From Escherichia phage EcNP1, in sequence record NC_054910.1: a DNA stretch of 64,000 nucleotides; one strand, given 5' to 3'. The translations under genes and the position numbers were made by a program. Under the pieces are notes generated by a model. It was not told the DNA's origin and did no database searches. It saw only the letters and a list, made by a program, of their open reading frames with translations. This document shows positions 43,545 through 53,843 of this stretch, piece by piece (the first letter of the stretch is position 1; every line of letters begins with the position of its first letter).

Positions 43545-44869
43545 TTGATTTCCTCTAAATCTTTGGTGTATTCTGTAACTACATCAGTAGTTTTCCAATA
43601 TTCGTTTTCTTCTTTCTTAGCTTTAGCTTCTTCAGCAAGTTTCTTTGCTTCGTCGGAAGTCATATGAAAAATATTCATTCCGACTAGTTTATCAACATAA
43701 GAAGAATACATATCAATTTTAGAAAGTTCTTCGGTCAGTTCTTTGCGAGTTTTACCTTGTACAACAATTTCACCTGAAATTACTTTCTTAATGAAATGTG
43801 CCTTGGCAAAGGCTAAACGAAATGCTGATTCAGTTTCTTTGATTTTGTTATCAATTCGTTTTTGGACATAAGTTTTACGAACTTCAACGAAGTCTTTGAT
43901 TAAATCAACTACGTTATCGTAAACTTGTAGCTTTCCTTTCTCGTTGATGACTGTAATATTTTGGGAACGACGCTCAATCAACCCGAAGTCTTTCATGATT
44001 TTTGCATGGCGTTCTTCTTCGTTATCACTCAAAGAGTATTCTTTGCGGAATTTAACTTTAAAGCCAAAACCATGCTCACCACAAGCATCATCCCATGTAA
44101 TGAAGCCTTTATCTTCAAGCGGGTCTAAGATTTTACTCACATAAGTTTCACGATCATACTTATACGGAATCTCAGTGATATTCATTTGAGTTCGTGAAGT
44201 AAACTTGTACGTTCCACGAATTTCATATTGGCCATCAATTTCAACGACTTCACCACGAAATTCTGGAAATTCTACCTTCGGTTTAGTTACTTTCTTTCCT
44301 TGAAGAGCTTGTAGTACAGCTTTCTTGACAGAAGAAACACTATGAGGAAGAATGTAAGTTGCATAACCAGTTGCAATACCGGAAACACCATTAAGAAGAA
44401 CAGTAGGAATAATAGGCAAATAGAAAGCAGGAGGAATGTGTTCTTTATCTTGATGTACCGGAGCATATTCAGTATCTTTATATACGTTATAGAAATTTTT
44501 ACTTACACGAGCAAAAATATAACGACTCGCCGCTGCTTTTTGAACGGTACGAGAACCAAAGTTTCCTTGACCATCTAACAAAGGAAAGTTATTATTCCAA
44601 GTGTTAGCCATCAAAGCCCCCGCATCTTGTGCAGAGTTTTCACCATGATGATATCCAAGGTCAGCTACACCACCTGCAATAGAAGCAAGTTTGTGAAACT
44701 TATCTTTATTTCCTCGCGCCAAATCAAGAGCTCGAGCAATAACAAATCGTTGAACTGGCTTAAATCCATCAATCATATTTGGAATAGCACGATTTTCAAC
44801 CGTGTACATAGCATAAGCCAGTGCTTCATTATCAATGATACTTTTTAAATCGCGATTATTCAGTTGCAT
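43541..44869 (-). CDS. 52: DNA topoisomerase II medium subunit gp52
   Basis: 442 aa (T4 gp52 442 aa); GyrA-like N-terminus with PNMIDGFKPVQRFV. Confidence 0.95.
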   Translation of the reverse strand: MQLNNRDLKSIIDNEALAYAMYTVENRAIPNMIDGFKPVQRFVIARALDLARGNKDKFHKLASIAGGVADLGYHHGENSAQDAGALMANTWNNNFPLLDGQGNFGSRTVQKAAASRYIFARVSKNFYNVYKDTEYAPVHQDKEHIPPAFYLPIIPTVLLNGVSGIATGYATYILPHSVSSVKKAVLQALQGKKVTKPKVEFPEFRGEVVEIDGQYEIRGTYKFTSRTQMNITEIPYKYDRETYVSKILDPLEDKGFITWDDACGEHGFGFKVKFRKEYSLSDNEEERHAKIMKDFGLIERRSQNITVINEKGKLQVYDNVVDLIKDFVEVRKTYVQKRIDNKIKETESAFRLAFAKAHFIKKVISGEIVVQGKTRKELTEELSKIDMYSSYVDKLVGMNIFHMTSDEAKKLAEEAKAKKEENEYWKTTDVVTEYTKDLEEIK

Positions 44870-44873
44870 AAAT

Positions 44874-45014
44874 TTACCATACTAGTGAATGTAGTGCCAT
44901 AATAACATCAGAAATGAAAAGCACGACTTGAATTAATCCGAACATTACTCCATAATATAGCGCTACCAATAAAGTAGCAAGGGCTAATGAATAGCCCAAG
45001 ATTTTCTTAATCAT
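44874..45014 (-). CDS. small membrane peptide (46 aa, 52.1-like)
   Basis: Not in track; hydrophobic MIKKILGYSLALATLLVALYYGVMFGLIQVVLFISDVIMALHSLVW. Confidence 0.4.
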   Translation of the reverse strand: MIKKILGYSLALATLLVALYYGVMFGLIQVVLFISDVIMALHSLVW

Positions 45015-45165
45015 TGGTAGATAACAACACAAATGTTAAATATGCACACATACCCTGGGCTAAAGCTTGTGAAAACACACTGCTAGCATCGATACAGATA
45101 GTTAAAACACATGCTACTATCCAACAAATAAATGAAATAACTCCTAATAATTTTGCGATATTCAT
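45007..45165 (-). CDS. ac: small membrane peptide (52 aa), candidate Ac (acridine sensitivity)
   Basis: Not in track; hydrophobic; position between 52 and stp as in T4 (Ac 51 aa). Confidence 0.4.
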   Translation of the reverse strand: MNIAKLLGVISFICWIVACVLTICIDASSVFSQALAQGMCAYLTFVLLSTND

Positions 45166-45172
45166 ATTTTCC

Positions 45173-45253
45173 TCACTGGCGTCCGAAGACGCCTTTAGTT
45201 TTAAGATTGTTACGATAGAACTGCATTACATGTTCGTTATGGAAATTACTCAT
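45173..45253 (-). CDS. stp: Stp peptide (26 aa), activator of the host PrrC anticodon nuclease
   Basis: Not in track; translation [26 protein letters not shown] matches T4 Stp as I recall it; ATG overlaps ndd stop. Confidence 0.75.
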
Positions 45254-45708
45254 TAATATGCCTGCAAAACAAATTTAAAGTTATCAGCCAACATACGATT
45301 CATTTCTTCAAGCGTTTGATACTCAGAATGATGATTACGAGTAAACGCTAAAGCTAACTGACCTTTTCCAAATCCCGTCGTCAGAGGTTTCATCTTAGAA
45401 GCAGGTAGATAAAATACCGTGTATGGAACATTGTTATTTGCAATAGTACGCGCAAGCTGAGATCGACGCTGGCGAATATGACTTAGAACTGCACTGAATC
45501 CTTGCTTAGAACGCTGATTACCTACATAAAATCGCGCAGATACACACGGACTATCAAATGGACCACCAAATTTGCTTACTAAAAAGTAAAATCCAGGGTT
45601 AGACAAAATGTCTTTATGTGGAGTTCCAAAAACCCATTCACCGCCTTTGATTGTACCAATAACAGTTGCGCCTGCATTATTCAAATCAGTAACAGTCATA
45701 TATTTCAT
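45253..45708 (-). CDS. ndd: nucleoid disruption protein Ndd
   Basis: 151 aa (T4 Ndd 151 aa); position between denB-side ORFs and stp. Confidence 0.75.
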
Positions 45709-45767
45709 GTTATTTTCCTCTAATTATTTTCTACTCCAAGGCCGCATGAATACACACGGCCGATAAA

Positions 45768-45983
45768 TTAATCGTCGCAGTCGACGCTCAATTCCCAGAA
45801 CTCTTCTACAGTATAAGTTTTAGTATCATTTTCAATACAGAAACGTTCATTACTGTTATTTGCTAAAGTAGCGTTAACTGTCATTTTCTCGCTAGTGCTT
45901 TTAAGAGGTGAAATACGAATTAACTGATCACCATTATCTAAACAGAAAATTTCACCGACCTTTACATCTTTAAAAATTTTCAT
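45768..45983 (-). CDS. hypothetical protein (71 aa)
   Basis: Track ORF. Confidence 0.45.
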   Translation of the reverse strand: MKIFKDVKVGEIFCLDNGDQLIRISPLKSTSEKMTVNATLANNSNERFCIENDTKTYTVEEFWELSVDCDD

Positions 45984-46098
45984 AATTCACCTCAAGGAGT
46001 ATAAAATCCAAACGCAGTTGTTGACCATCCCATCCAGTATGGGAAATTTGCACCAATGTAAAACATAAGAATATAAAACCAAATGCTTAGTAAATTCA

Positions 46099-46317
46099 TT
46101 ATTTTACACCATTCCAAATTGTTTCAACCACAGATTTTAAGCCATTTTGATGAATGTCCATTCCGACAACCGTCATCAAATAGATTCCAACCACAACTGA
46201 ACCCAAGGCGAAAATCAGCCAGAAAATGAATAAAGCTGGAAAAATATTATCGAAAAACCATTCAATAAATGTAAAAGCACTACGTTTACGCTTCATATTT
46301 TCCTCACATAAATCCAA
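46099..46317 (-). CDS. hypothetical membrane protein (72 aa)
   Basis: Track ORF; two hydrophobic helices. Confidence 0.45.
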   Translation of the reverse strand: MDLCEENMKRKRSAFTFIEWFFDNIFPALFIFWLIFALGSVVVGIYLMTVVGMDIHQNGLKSVVETIWNGVK

Positions 46318-46445
46318 AGTAAGCGTTTAATACATCAATCATTAAAACGATTGGGAATATACTCAAAACTACTAGTATTATAACTACATTCCATATAGCT
46401 TTAACAATCTTTTTCATTTTCTGTTCCTCCGTAGTTGATAGAGTA

Positions 46446-46475
46446 ATAATACCACAGAGGAACAGTCTTGTAAAC
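46446..46475 (-). promoter_or_regulatory. T4-type early promoter
   Basis: Minus strand GTTTAC + 18 nt + TATTAT. Confidence 0.5.
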
Positions 46476-46664
46476 AACTTTTTTTTTTAAAAATATTCGT
46501 AATAAATGTGAATACCAATCACCACTGCCGAAACTTGCGCAACCCACCACGCACAAGCAATAAGTACAGAATTCAAAATTTTCATAATAACCTCATCACA
46601 AAAGTAAATGTTAAACAAATTAATGGAATACTAATTAACCAAACGAAACACCACCATAATGAAC

Positions 46665-46937
46665 TCATAGTTCAATCTCAGCGATTTTCATTTCATTACT
46701 ATTAATAGCCGCTTTAAGACTATCTGAAAGAATTACATTCCAGTGGTCATTCATATGACCATTAACTAAGCGTGTAATTTCTTCGGGAGTTGAAAAATAA
46801 GGCGTATCAGACTCCCAGTGCGATAGTCCCAAGCGAGTATAAATCATACCTTCATCATCGATAGAATATTCAACTGACACAAACTCATCAGTTATTTTAT
46901 GTTTAGCGTAATAAAATTTAAATTTCATTTTACTCAA
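46665..46937 (-). CDS. hypothetical protein (90 aa)
   Basis: Track ORF. Confidence 0.5.
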   Translation of the reverse strand: MSKMKFKFYYAKHKITDEFVSVEYSIDDEGMIYTRLGLSHWESDTPYFSTPEEITRLVNGHMNDHWNVILSDSLKAAINSNEMKIAEIEL

Positions 46938-47140
46938 TAATCCGCTAAAAGATCGACAATTGCATCACGAAGACACTTATTCGCAATACGTTTAAGAGCA
47001 ATTTCAGTTTCTGGAGCATTTTGAATAATCATTGAATTCAATTCAGCCTCAGCAAACTGAAGTTCTTTAACTAATTCAGCTTTATATTTTCCTTGCCCTT
47101 TCTTAGCTTTTGCTCGTTTTAATTCAGCTGTAGTAAACAT
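46934..47140 (-). CDS. hypothetical protein (68 aa; track ORF extends to 47239)
   Basis: ATG at 47138-47140 lies downstream of the early promoter at 47175-47204. Confidence 0.45.
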   Translation of the reverse strand: MFTTAELKRAKAKKGQGKYKAELVKELQFAEAELNSMIIQNAPETEIALKRIANKCLRDAIVDLLADY

Positions 47141-47174
47141 TTTATTCTCCAAATCCGTATCAGTTGATAGTTGT

Positions 47175-47204
47175 ATAGTACCACAGTCCTTGTGGTATGT
47201 AAAC
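47175..47204 (-). promoter_or_regulatory. T4-type early promoter
   Basis: Minus strand GTTTAC + 18 nt + TACTAT with ACCACA/TGTGGT inverted repeat in the spacer. Confidence 0.5.
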
Positions 47205-47220
47205 TGTTTTGTGAAAATTT

Positions 47221-47778
47221 TTAAATGGAAAGATACCATCCGCTGTAGTTGCTTTTTCTTACAACCTTACGAAGGTCTTCTCTATCACCGATGAACTTCG
47301 GAGTGTACTGGATGACACCTGGATGAATTTCTTTAGTGTTGAATATAATTATACAGTCAGCGACTTGATGATTTAGAATGGGCCCTAGATTTATTCCAGA
47401 ACCGTATGGATACTCTCCGCTGCATCCGGTTGTTACCGAAATCCAACGTGAGTCAGTTTGATGTGTTTTGACTTCTACACGAAGCCCGCAGTATTTTGGA
47501 TGCGCCAGTACATCCCACGCATATGTATACGGGTCATTAACATCCTCTTGGCCTTTGTTAACATACCCGCTTAGCCAATCTGCTACAAAAAACTCTGCGT
47601 ACACCGCGATACGGCATCTTTCGATAACTTCTGCTTTATCCTGATTTGGATTTTGTTTTAAAGAGTATCTTGCTGTATCAGCAATTTTGACCTTCATTTC
47701 ACTAGTCAAGTCACTGTTCGATAGGGTAAATGTCGGAATCTGAAATAGTCTCTGTAAACCCGGATTCGTTTTCTGCAT
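47221..47778 (-). CDS. denB: endonuclease IV (DenB), by size and position
   Basis: 185 aa (T4 DenB 185 aa); between ndd cluster and rIIB. Confidence 0.7.
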   Translation of the reverse strand: MQKTNPGLQRLFQIPTFTLSNSDLTSEMKVKIADTARYSLKQNPNQDKAEVIERCRIAVYAEFFVADWLSGYVNKGQEDVNDPYTYAWDVLAHPKYCGLRVEVKTHQTDSRWISVTTGCSGEYPYGSGINLGPILNHQVADCIIIFNTKEIHPGVIQYTPKFIGDREDLRKVVRKSNYSGWYLSI

Positions 47779-48031
47779 TTAGACTTTCCTTTTTACCGCT
47801 GAGATAAGCGTTATATACTTTAAGAGTACCATAATAAATTCTGTCATTTTCATCTAAAGACTCACGGTCGAGTTCCTTTTTATCCATGACTATAACATCA
47901 TTACAGTAAAGAAACCCAAGTTTTTCGTGACCAAACTCAAATTTATTGCAGTACACAATATTAGCGTGATGATTTCCGTGTAGATTAATCTCTTTTATGT
48001 CGGAATCACCGATATTCATACAATAAATCAT
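47711..48031 (-). CDS. hypothetical protein (106 aa)
   Basis: Track ORF; 68-nt overlap with denB start suggests one of the two starts is misplaced. Confidence 0.4.
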   Translation of the reverse strand: MIYCMNIGDSDIKEINLHGNHHANIVYCNKFEFGHEKLGFLYCNDVIVMDKKELDRESLDENDRIYYGTLKVYNAYLSGKKESLNAENESGFTETISDSDIYPIEQ

Positions 48032-48039
48032 AATTTCCC

Positions 48040-48064
48040 TTAAAACAAAAGGGCCGAAGCCCTT
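48040..48064 (-). terminator. UUCG-tetraloop hairpin terminator
   Basis: GGGC-CGAA-GCCC on plus; minus RNA followed by UUUUGUUUU. Confidence 0.55.
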
Positions 48065-48067
48065 ATT

Positions 48068-48262
48068 TTATTTGAATTGTGCAATTCTTTTCTCTAAACA
48101 ATCTGCGTAAGATTTCATTGAGATAAATTGTGAAAGCAACAGTTCTTGTTCAACTTCATTAATCGTTATAAACTTTGTGCTTTCTAAAAATTTGCTCAGT
48201 GCATTAATTTTGAGCATTAATTGATCGTATTCTTCTTTTACTCGTGCTTGATAACCTAACAT
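48068..48262 (-). CDS. hypothetical protein (64 aa)
   Basis: Track ORF bracketed by two UUCG hairpins. Confidence 0.45.
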   Translation of the reverse strand: MLGYQARVKEEYDQLMLKINALSKFLESTKFITINEVEQELLLSQFISMKSYADCLEKRIAQFK

Positions 48263-48290
48263 AATTTTCCTTAGTTAAGGGCCGAAGCCC

Positions 48291-49229
48291 TTATTTGAAT
48301 TGTTCAGTAACGTCTTCAATTACTTCGTATTGGCAGGTACGCATTTTAGCATCGTTGTAATCAATCGGAATTGATACTACATCGCGAGGATGTACTTTAA
48401 CTTTTACAACTCGGCTGGTTGAACTGCCAAAGTGACGAATATAAGATTTAGAACACACATGCAGACCACGAGAACAAGTTTGTGTATCATCGTCATTCAC
48501 ACGAGTACGTGGCATTTTAACTACTTTGCCAGGACTGTTATCAAAAGTATTTGAATGACAGTCAAAGTAATTACTGCGAACTACTTTCCAAGCATAGAAG
48601 TAACCGTCTTCTGTAATTTCAATATCGTTTGCTACCAAGAAATCAAAGAGTCGAGATACCGCTTTTTGGCTCGGGTTTTCCAACAGATTTTCCAAGAACG
48701 GAAAATAAAATTCAAAGTTTTCACCTTTTTCCATCGAATCGAGAATACGATCAACTAAACCAGACCGCAATTCAATATTTTGATAGAACAAGCTTCCACC
48801 TTCAATTCGAACATCACCGGAAATATATTTTTCAACAGCGCGACGAACGTTAATTTTTTGCGCTGCTTCTTCCAATTTATCTGCAACAAGCAGATTAAGA
48901 ATTTCCTGGAAGTTTGAATGAGTATTAGGAGTTGCGTTATAAGTTACACCGTCAACAGTAATTGAAATGAATTTTTTAGATGCATTCCAAATAATGTCAG
49001 ATTTAGCAACTGGAGCAATAGCTGCATCACTCTTAACTGTAACTGTAATGTCACCGCTAATGGTAACTTTGGAGCGCTCAGCTTCTTCAGCATTTTTCAA
49101 AACACGACGGATTGTGTCCACCGATACACCTTGCCAATCAGCCAATTCCTGTTGGGTATAATTACCGCTTGAATACAATTTAACAATTTCAGCTTGTTCG
49201 TTTTTGGTCAGGCATTTAATATTGTACAT
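48291..49229 (-). CDS. rIIB: RIIB (rapid-lysis / Rex exclusion-related)
   Basis: 312 aa (T4 RIIB 312 aa); directly downstream of rIIA. Confidence 0.9.
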   Translation of the reverse strand: MYNIKCLTKNEQAEIVKLYSSGNYTQQELADWQGVSVDTIRRVLKNAEEAERSKVTISGDITVTVKSDAAIAPVAKSDIIWNASKKFISITVDGVTYNATPNTHSNFQEILNLLVADKLEEAAQKINVRRAVEKYISGDVRIEGGSLFYQNIELRSGLVDRILDSMEKGENFEFYFPFLENLLENPSQKAVSRLFDFLVANDIEITEDGYFYAWKVVRSNYFDCHSNTFDNSPGKVVKMPRTRVNDDDTQTCSRGLHVCSKSYIRHFGSSTSRVVKVKVHPRDVVSIPIDYNDAKMRTCQYEVIEDVTEQFK

Positions 49230-49240
49230 AATTTTCCTTA

Positions 49241-51418
49241 TTAGGCCGCAAGGGCCTTCATAGTTTTAGCGATTTGGGAAACTTCATCATCACTTAAAGA
49301 ATTGCGATAACCGATGAAGTCGGAAACAATACGGAATTTCTTGGTAAACTCAGCAACCATTTTATCACTGTTTTTTGAAGCATTATTTGATAATACATCA
49401 AAAAGATTAGTTACCGTCCAGATGTCATGACCGATGGTATCTTTTCCACCGTTGAAATATACACCCTGTAATGAACTAACCATATTAGCGAGTCGTGTAT
49501 ATTCTTCGGAAACTTCATCTACACTGAAGTACTTCATCATAAAATCTAACTCAGGATACTTGATAATTTTATCAATATATCGTTTAGCTGAACTTGAATA
49601 ACCTACATACTTATCATAATCTACATCATCAAAAGCATCTACATATAAATCACGCAAAGTTTCAAAAATACATTGACACTGACCAAGTTCTTTTACCTTT
49701 TTCTGTAAAAGTGGACGAATAACATAAAATTCATTAATGCCAATAAGATTAGCCATACGAGTCAAAATACTCGTAGATGGATGACAAAGCGATGTAGTAC
49801 CATCCATAGAGAAAATATCAGAACGATGCATGTATGCTACATAACCAGTAATTTCATCTGCTTCTGATGTGAGCGTAAACAATTCCTCTTTTTCCCAGCG
49901 CCCGTCTTTAATTTCAAACTTAAATGCAGTAGCAGTTTTAGGACGAGGAGCTGTACTTTTTACTGCCTTTGGAATATAACTTTTAACTAAAGCTTCAATT
50001 TCTGACAGATAATGAATGTTAACTTCATCACTTTCAAACATTGCGATAATATCAGGAAGCAAATCAATCTGCGATTCTACTTCCGGATTAATAAACAGAA
50101 GACGCTCATTGTGATGAATATTCAAAGTGTTATTAAATTCACTATCATCTAATGCACGTGCTAATCCACGGACAATATTAACACGATTTTTAATATTATC
50201 AATGACGATATTAATTTTTGTTGTGTTAATACCAAACAGACGATAACTTGATGCAACGGCTGAAGTTTCATGGCTTTGCTTAATGCGTTTCAGTCGAGGG
50301 TCAAGATTTACTTCATACACAACCCCTGCATTGCATAACTTACTATCAGGCTCAAACATGCTTTGCATCTTCTTATATGACAGATTTTTAGTCGTGAATT
50401 TGACCGAATTACTAATCATATAATCTCGAGCAGAATATCCCATCTTCATCAATTCACGGTATGTATGACGAGGAGATGTAGATTCTTTAAATCGTTTTAC
50501 ATCTTCATTGAATGCCTTCTCACTAAGCTCTTTAACACGCTCAATAATATTTTTACGAGTACGATCATCTAGTGAAAGAGCCTCACGCGATGGAGCAATA
50601 TCAAGTGAACCCATTGGAAACTTAATATAATTCACTTCATTGCGAATGCTTAACCAGTTACGGTCTCTAATAACACCATCGATAGGATAAACAATACCGC
50701 CATAGATAGCGTACAATCCACCACGATCTGGCCAGTATCTTTCTGGATTTACACCGTAATAGTCATCAAAATCCGGAAAATAATCAATTTCGCGGTCAAG
50801 ACCATTAATGATAGCCAAATCTTTGAATGGTCGCATGATATAAGAAACTTCATAAGCAAAGTTTCTAAAGTCTTTTTCTTCAACTGGAACTACGATTTCA
50901 ATACCAGTTTTATCATCTGGATCCATTTCTTTTACGAATGTAGGTTTAATCTGCGGACCATCACCATCCATGTAAGCTACATAACCGCGAATTTCACCTT
51001 TATGGTACGAAGTAATACTAAACGTATCAGTATAACTAAACGGAGATTTAGAACCTAAACCAAATCCACCAATGAAATCGTTAGATTCAGCCTTAGATGA
51101 ACTGAAGTATGAATTATACAACCCAGGAGAATTATCATCACCCTGAATATCAAAATCGCTCATACCCGGACCAAAATCTCGGCAAACAAATCGCGGATCT
51201 AATCGTCCTGGAACTTGAATGATAAATTTTTCAGGATTTCCATTGAGAGCATGGGCATCAATCATGTTGGTAATCAATTCACGTACTACTGCGCGAATCT
51301 TGTTTGTGTACAAATCAGATGATAGAATTTTAAATACTTTAGGAGATGCTGTGATGCTAAATGCTTTTGATTTAGAACCATTACCAAGAATTGTTTCTTT
51401 TTCAGTGGTGATAATCAT
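49241..51418 (-). CDS. rIIA: RIIA
   Basis: 725 aa (T4 RIIA 725 aa); N-terminal GHKL/HSP90-like ATPase fold motifs. Confidence 0.93.
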   Translation of the reverse strand: MIITTEKETILGNGSKSKAFSITASPKVFKILSSDLYTNKIRAVVRELITNMIDAHALNGNPEKFIIQVPGRLDPRFVCRDFGPGMSDFDIQGDDNSPGLYNSYFSSSKAESNDFIGGFGLGSKSPFSYTDTFSITSYHKGEIRGYVAYMDGDGPQIKPTFVKEMDPDDKTGIEIVVPVEEKDFRNFAYEVSYIMRPFKDLAIINGLDREIDYFPDFDDYYGVNPERYWPDRGGLYAIYGGIVYPIDGVIRDRNWLSIRNEVNYIKFPMGSLDIAPSREALSLDDRTRKNIIERVKELSEKAFNEDVKRFKESTSPRHTYRELMKMGYSARDYMISNSVKFTTKNLSYKKMQSMFEPDSKLCNAGVVYEVNLDPRLKRIKQSHETSAVASSYRLFGINTTKINIVIDNIKNRVNIVRGLARALDDSEFNNTLNIHHNERLLFINPEVESQIDLLPDIIAMFESDEVNIHYLSEIEALVKSYIPKAVKSTAPRPKTATAFKFEIKDGRWEKEELFTLTSEADEITGYVAYMHRSDIFSMDGTTSLCHPSTSILTRMANLIGINEFYVIRPLLQKKVKELGQCQCIFETLRDLYVDAFDDVDYDKYVGYSSSAKRYIDKIIKYPELDFMMKYFSVDEVSEEYTRLANMVSSLQGVYFNGGKDTIGHDIWTVTNLFDVLSNNASKNSDKMVAEFTKKFRIVSDFIGYRNSLSDDEVSQIAKTMKALAA

Positions 51419-51428
51419 AATTTCCTCA

Positions 51429-51632
51429 TTAATTCATATTGCGTTTAATAACTTCAGCAACTTCTAGTAGTTCATCTTTAGTTGCGGTGTCGGATTGAAT
51501 TTTATCTCTAATATCCTTAAAGCGGTTTTTAAACTCTTCGGCTTCTCCCATATCGAAAAAGCGTTGAATGATTCTATATTCTCGATGAACTGCTTTATCA
51601 AAAAGTTCTAAATTTACTCTATATGATTTCAT
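51429..51632 (-). CDS. hypothetical protein (67 aa, rIIA.1-like)
   Basis: Track ORF between promoter and rIIA. Confidence 0.55.
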   Translation of the reverse strand: MKSYRVNLELFDKAVHREYRIIQRFFDMGEAEEFKNRFKDIRDKIQSDTATKDELLEVAEVIKRNMN

Positions 51633-51657
51633 TTCAATATCCTCATTTGCCCAATTA

Positions 51658-51687
51658 ATTATACCACATCCTTGTGGTAAAGTAAAC
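51658..51687 (-). promoter_or_regulatory. T4-type early promoter for the rIIA operon
   Basis: Minus strand GTTTAC (overlapping gene 39 stop) + 18 nt + TATAAT with TGG extended -10; CCACA/TGTGG inverted repeat in spacer. Confidence 0.6.
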
Positions 51688-53507
51688 TATTGGCTCATCC
51701 ATTCTTTACGAAGGTCAGCATTATCTCCCATGAGCATTTCAAAAAGCTCTTTCCAGTTCTCAGGAAGTTTAACAACATCATATACTGGGTTTTGAATCAT
51801 CTCACGATATTCAGATTTTTCCAAAGAGCCAAGTCCCTTAATATAACGGATGCTATGTTTAGGTAGAGCATCTTTAGCACTCTCATATTCAGCGACTGTA
51901 TAAAACCATTCTTGTTTTTTACCGACCTGAGCGATGATTACAGGAGTTTTGACAAAGCGAATTCTTCCTTGTTCAAACAGTTCTGGCCAATTACTAAAAA
52001 ATCCGAGCAGAGAAGGATAAATGCTTCCTAGACCATCATGGTCAGCATCAGTCATAATAGCAATATTATGATAATTCAAGTTTTCGGCTTTTTCACCAAG
52101 AACTAATCCAGTGATTGCGCAAATATCAAACAGCTCTTTGTTTTTAAGCATATCAGCATATGACATACCCCAGCTGTTAAGAACTTTACCACGCAATGGA
52201 TAACCGCCATGAAGTTCTTTATCACGAACATCAATAAGATATCCGATAGCAGAATCACCCTCAGTCAAGAAAAGAGTAGTGTCAGCATCTTTACCACAAA
52301 GATTCGCTTTAATATGTTTATGAACCTTAGCTTTAGAGGCCTTTTTAGCTGCTTTAGTTTCTGCTGCTTTTTCTGCCGCCAATTTACGAGCCAAGGCAGC
52401 TTCAATGATTGGCATTAAAATTGCTTCATTATTTAAAATAGCACGTGAAATCTTTTTAGCATCAAGCTGAATATGACTACGAATTTCACCAAATGGAGAA
52501 GTCAAACGCTCTTTAGTTTGAGAATCAAATCGCATGTTTTTCATATCACGAACAAACATAACGATAGTCAAACATTCTTTAACACGTGCTTTAGTTACAT
52601 CAATTTTGAATTTACGTTTGATTTGTGGAATAAGGTCTTCACAAATATCATCCATAACACAATCAATATGATGGCCACCATTCTTGGTATGAATGTTATT
52701 GACGTATGTTAATTGACGAAAACCATCCGGTGAACGACCGACCGCAATAGAACAATTTTCTTGTTCTTGAACGATAGCATGTTCATCATATTGGCGTGCA
52801 TATTTCTTAAAATTACCCTGAACCTTTTTACCATTAAAGGTAAATTGAATATCAGGATAAACTACTGCAAGTGTCTGGAGACGATCCAGTGTAATGTCAA
52901 GATAAACTTGAGATAGCTCATTAGTTTCAAATGACATAAAATCAGGAATAAAAGTAACGCGAGTTCCTTTCCATTTTCCAGGAATATCTTCCCATGATTT
53001 ATTTTCCATGCCATTCGAGCAGCGAACTACAATATTATTTTGACCGTCGCCAGTTTCACCGACAAACATCACAGAAAAAATGTTAGTTAAACTAGAACCA
53101 ACACCGTTCATACCGCCAGTGACGCGTTCTTTATCATCACCAAAGTTACCACCTGCTTTTGGAATAGTCCATGCAGCAACAGGACCAGGAATTTCTTCAC
53201 CGGTAGGTGTTTTAACCATCGCCTGTGGAATACCACGACCGTTATCTTCAACTGTTACTTGATTGTTTTTGATAGTAACATTAATTTTATTTGCGAATTT
53301 AAACTTAGTACGAATACCTTCATCTACTGAGTTATCAATAATTTCATCAATAAGCTTAACAAGACCAGGTACATACTGAACACTTTCCCATTTACCAAAC
53401 AGAAAGCGCTCATGCATTTCATTAGCAGAAGAGCCAATATACATGCCGCTACGCTTTTTGATATGTTCAATATCGCTCAGAATTTTAATTTCATTCTTAA
53501 TCATCAC
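51687..53507 (-). CDS. 39: DNA topoisomerase II large subunit, unsplit (T4 gp39 + gp60 equivalent)
   Basis: 606 aa single ORF; GyrB-type ATPase motif VEDNGRGIP; no internal stop, bypass gap or inserted gene. Confidence 0.92.
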   Translation of the reverse strand: MMIKNEIKILSDIEHIKKRSGMYIGSSANEMHERFLFGKWESVQYVPGLVKLIDEIIDNSVDEGIRTKFKFANKINVTIKNNQVTVEDNGRGIPQAMVKTPTGEEIPGPVAAWTIPKAGGNFGDDKERVTGGMNGVGSSLTNIFSVMFVGETGDGQNNIVVRCSNGMENKSWEDIPGKWKGTRVTFIPDFMSFETNELSQVYLDITLDRLQTLAVVYPDIQFTFNGKKVQGNFKKYARQYDEHAIVQEQENCSIAVGRSPDGFRQLTYVNNIHTKNGGHHIDCVMDDICEDLIPQIKRKFKIDVTKARVKECLTIVMFVRDMKNMRFDSQTKERLTSPFGEIRSHIQLDAKKISRAILNNEAILMPIIEAALARKLAAEKAAETKAAKKASKAKVHKHIKANLCGKDADTTLFLTEGDSAIGYLIDVRDKELHGGYPLRGKVLNSWGMSYADMLKNKELFDICAITGLVLGEKAENLNYHNIAIMTDADHDGLGSIYPSLLGFFSNWPELFEQGRIRFVKTPVIIAQVGKKQEWFYTVAEYESAKDALPKHSIRYIKGLGSLEKSEYREMIQNPVYDVVKLPENWKELFEMLMGDNADLRKEWMSQ

Positions 53508-53573
53508 TTATCCTCGTTTGGTTTCGGGAATATTATACTCCAGTAATCATAAAGCTAAAGGCCCGAAGGCCTT

Positions 53574-53843
53574 TTATTTAAAACGGATAGTCGAATCCTT
53601 GAAGAATAGACCAGAACATACTGTTCCTTCTACTTTCTGCCCGGTAGGTCCAATAGCACGAAATCCAGTGTGTTGGAAATCATTTTCAGAGCAACCGAAC
53701 CAATTATATCCAGTGATTTCAATATTAGTAAAACCACTTGAAGACAAAACTTTGGTTGCATTATCGGCATCAGTACATCCTACTAAAGATACTGCTAATA
53801 CTAATGCCGCGATAGAACGATTAACATATTTCATAATTTTCAC
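53574..53843 (-). CDS. predicted lipoprotein (89 aa)
   Basis: Signal peptide with lipobox AVSLVGC; Cys-containing mature region. Confidence 0.6.
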   Translation of the reverse strand: MKIMKYVNRSIAALVLAVSLVGCTDADNATKVLSSSGFTNIEITGYNWFGCSENDFQHTGFRAIGPTGQKVEGTVCSGLFFKDSTIRFK

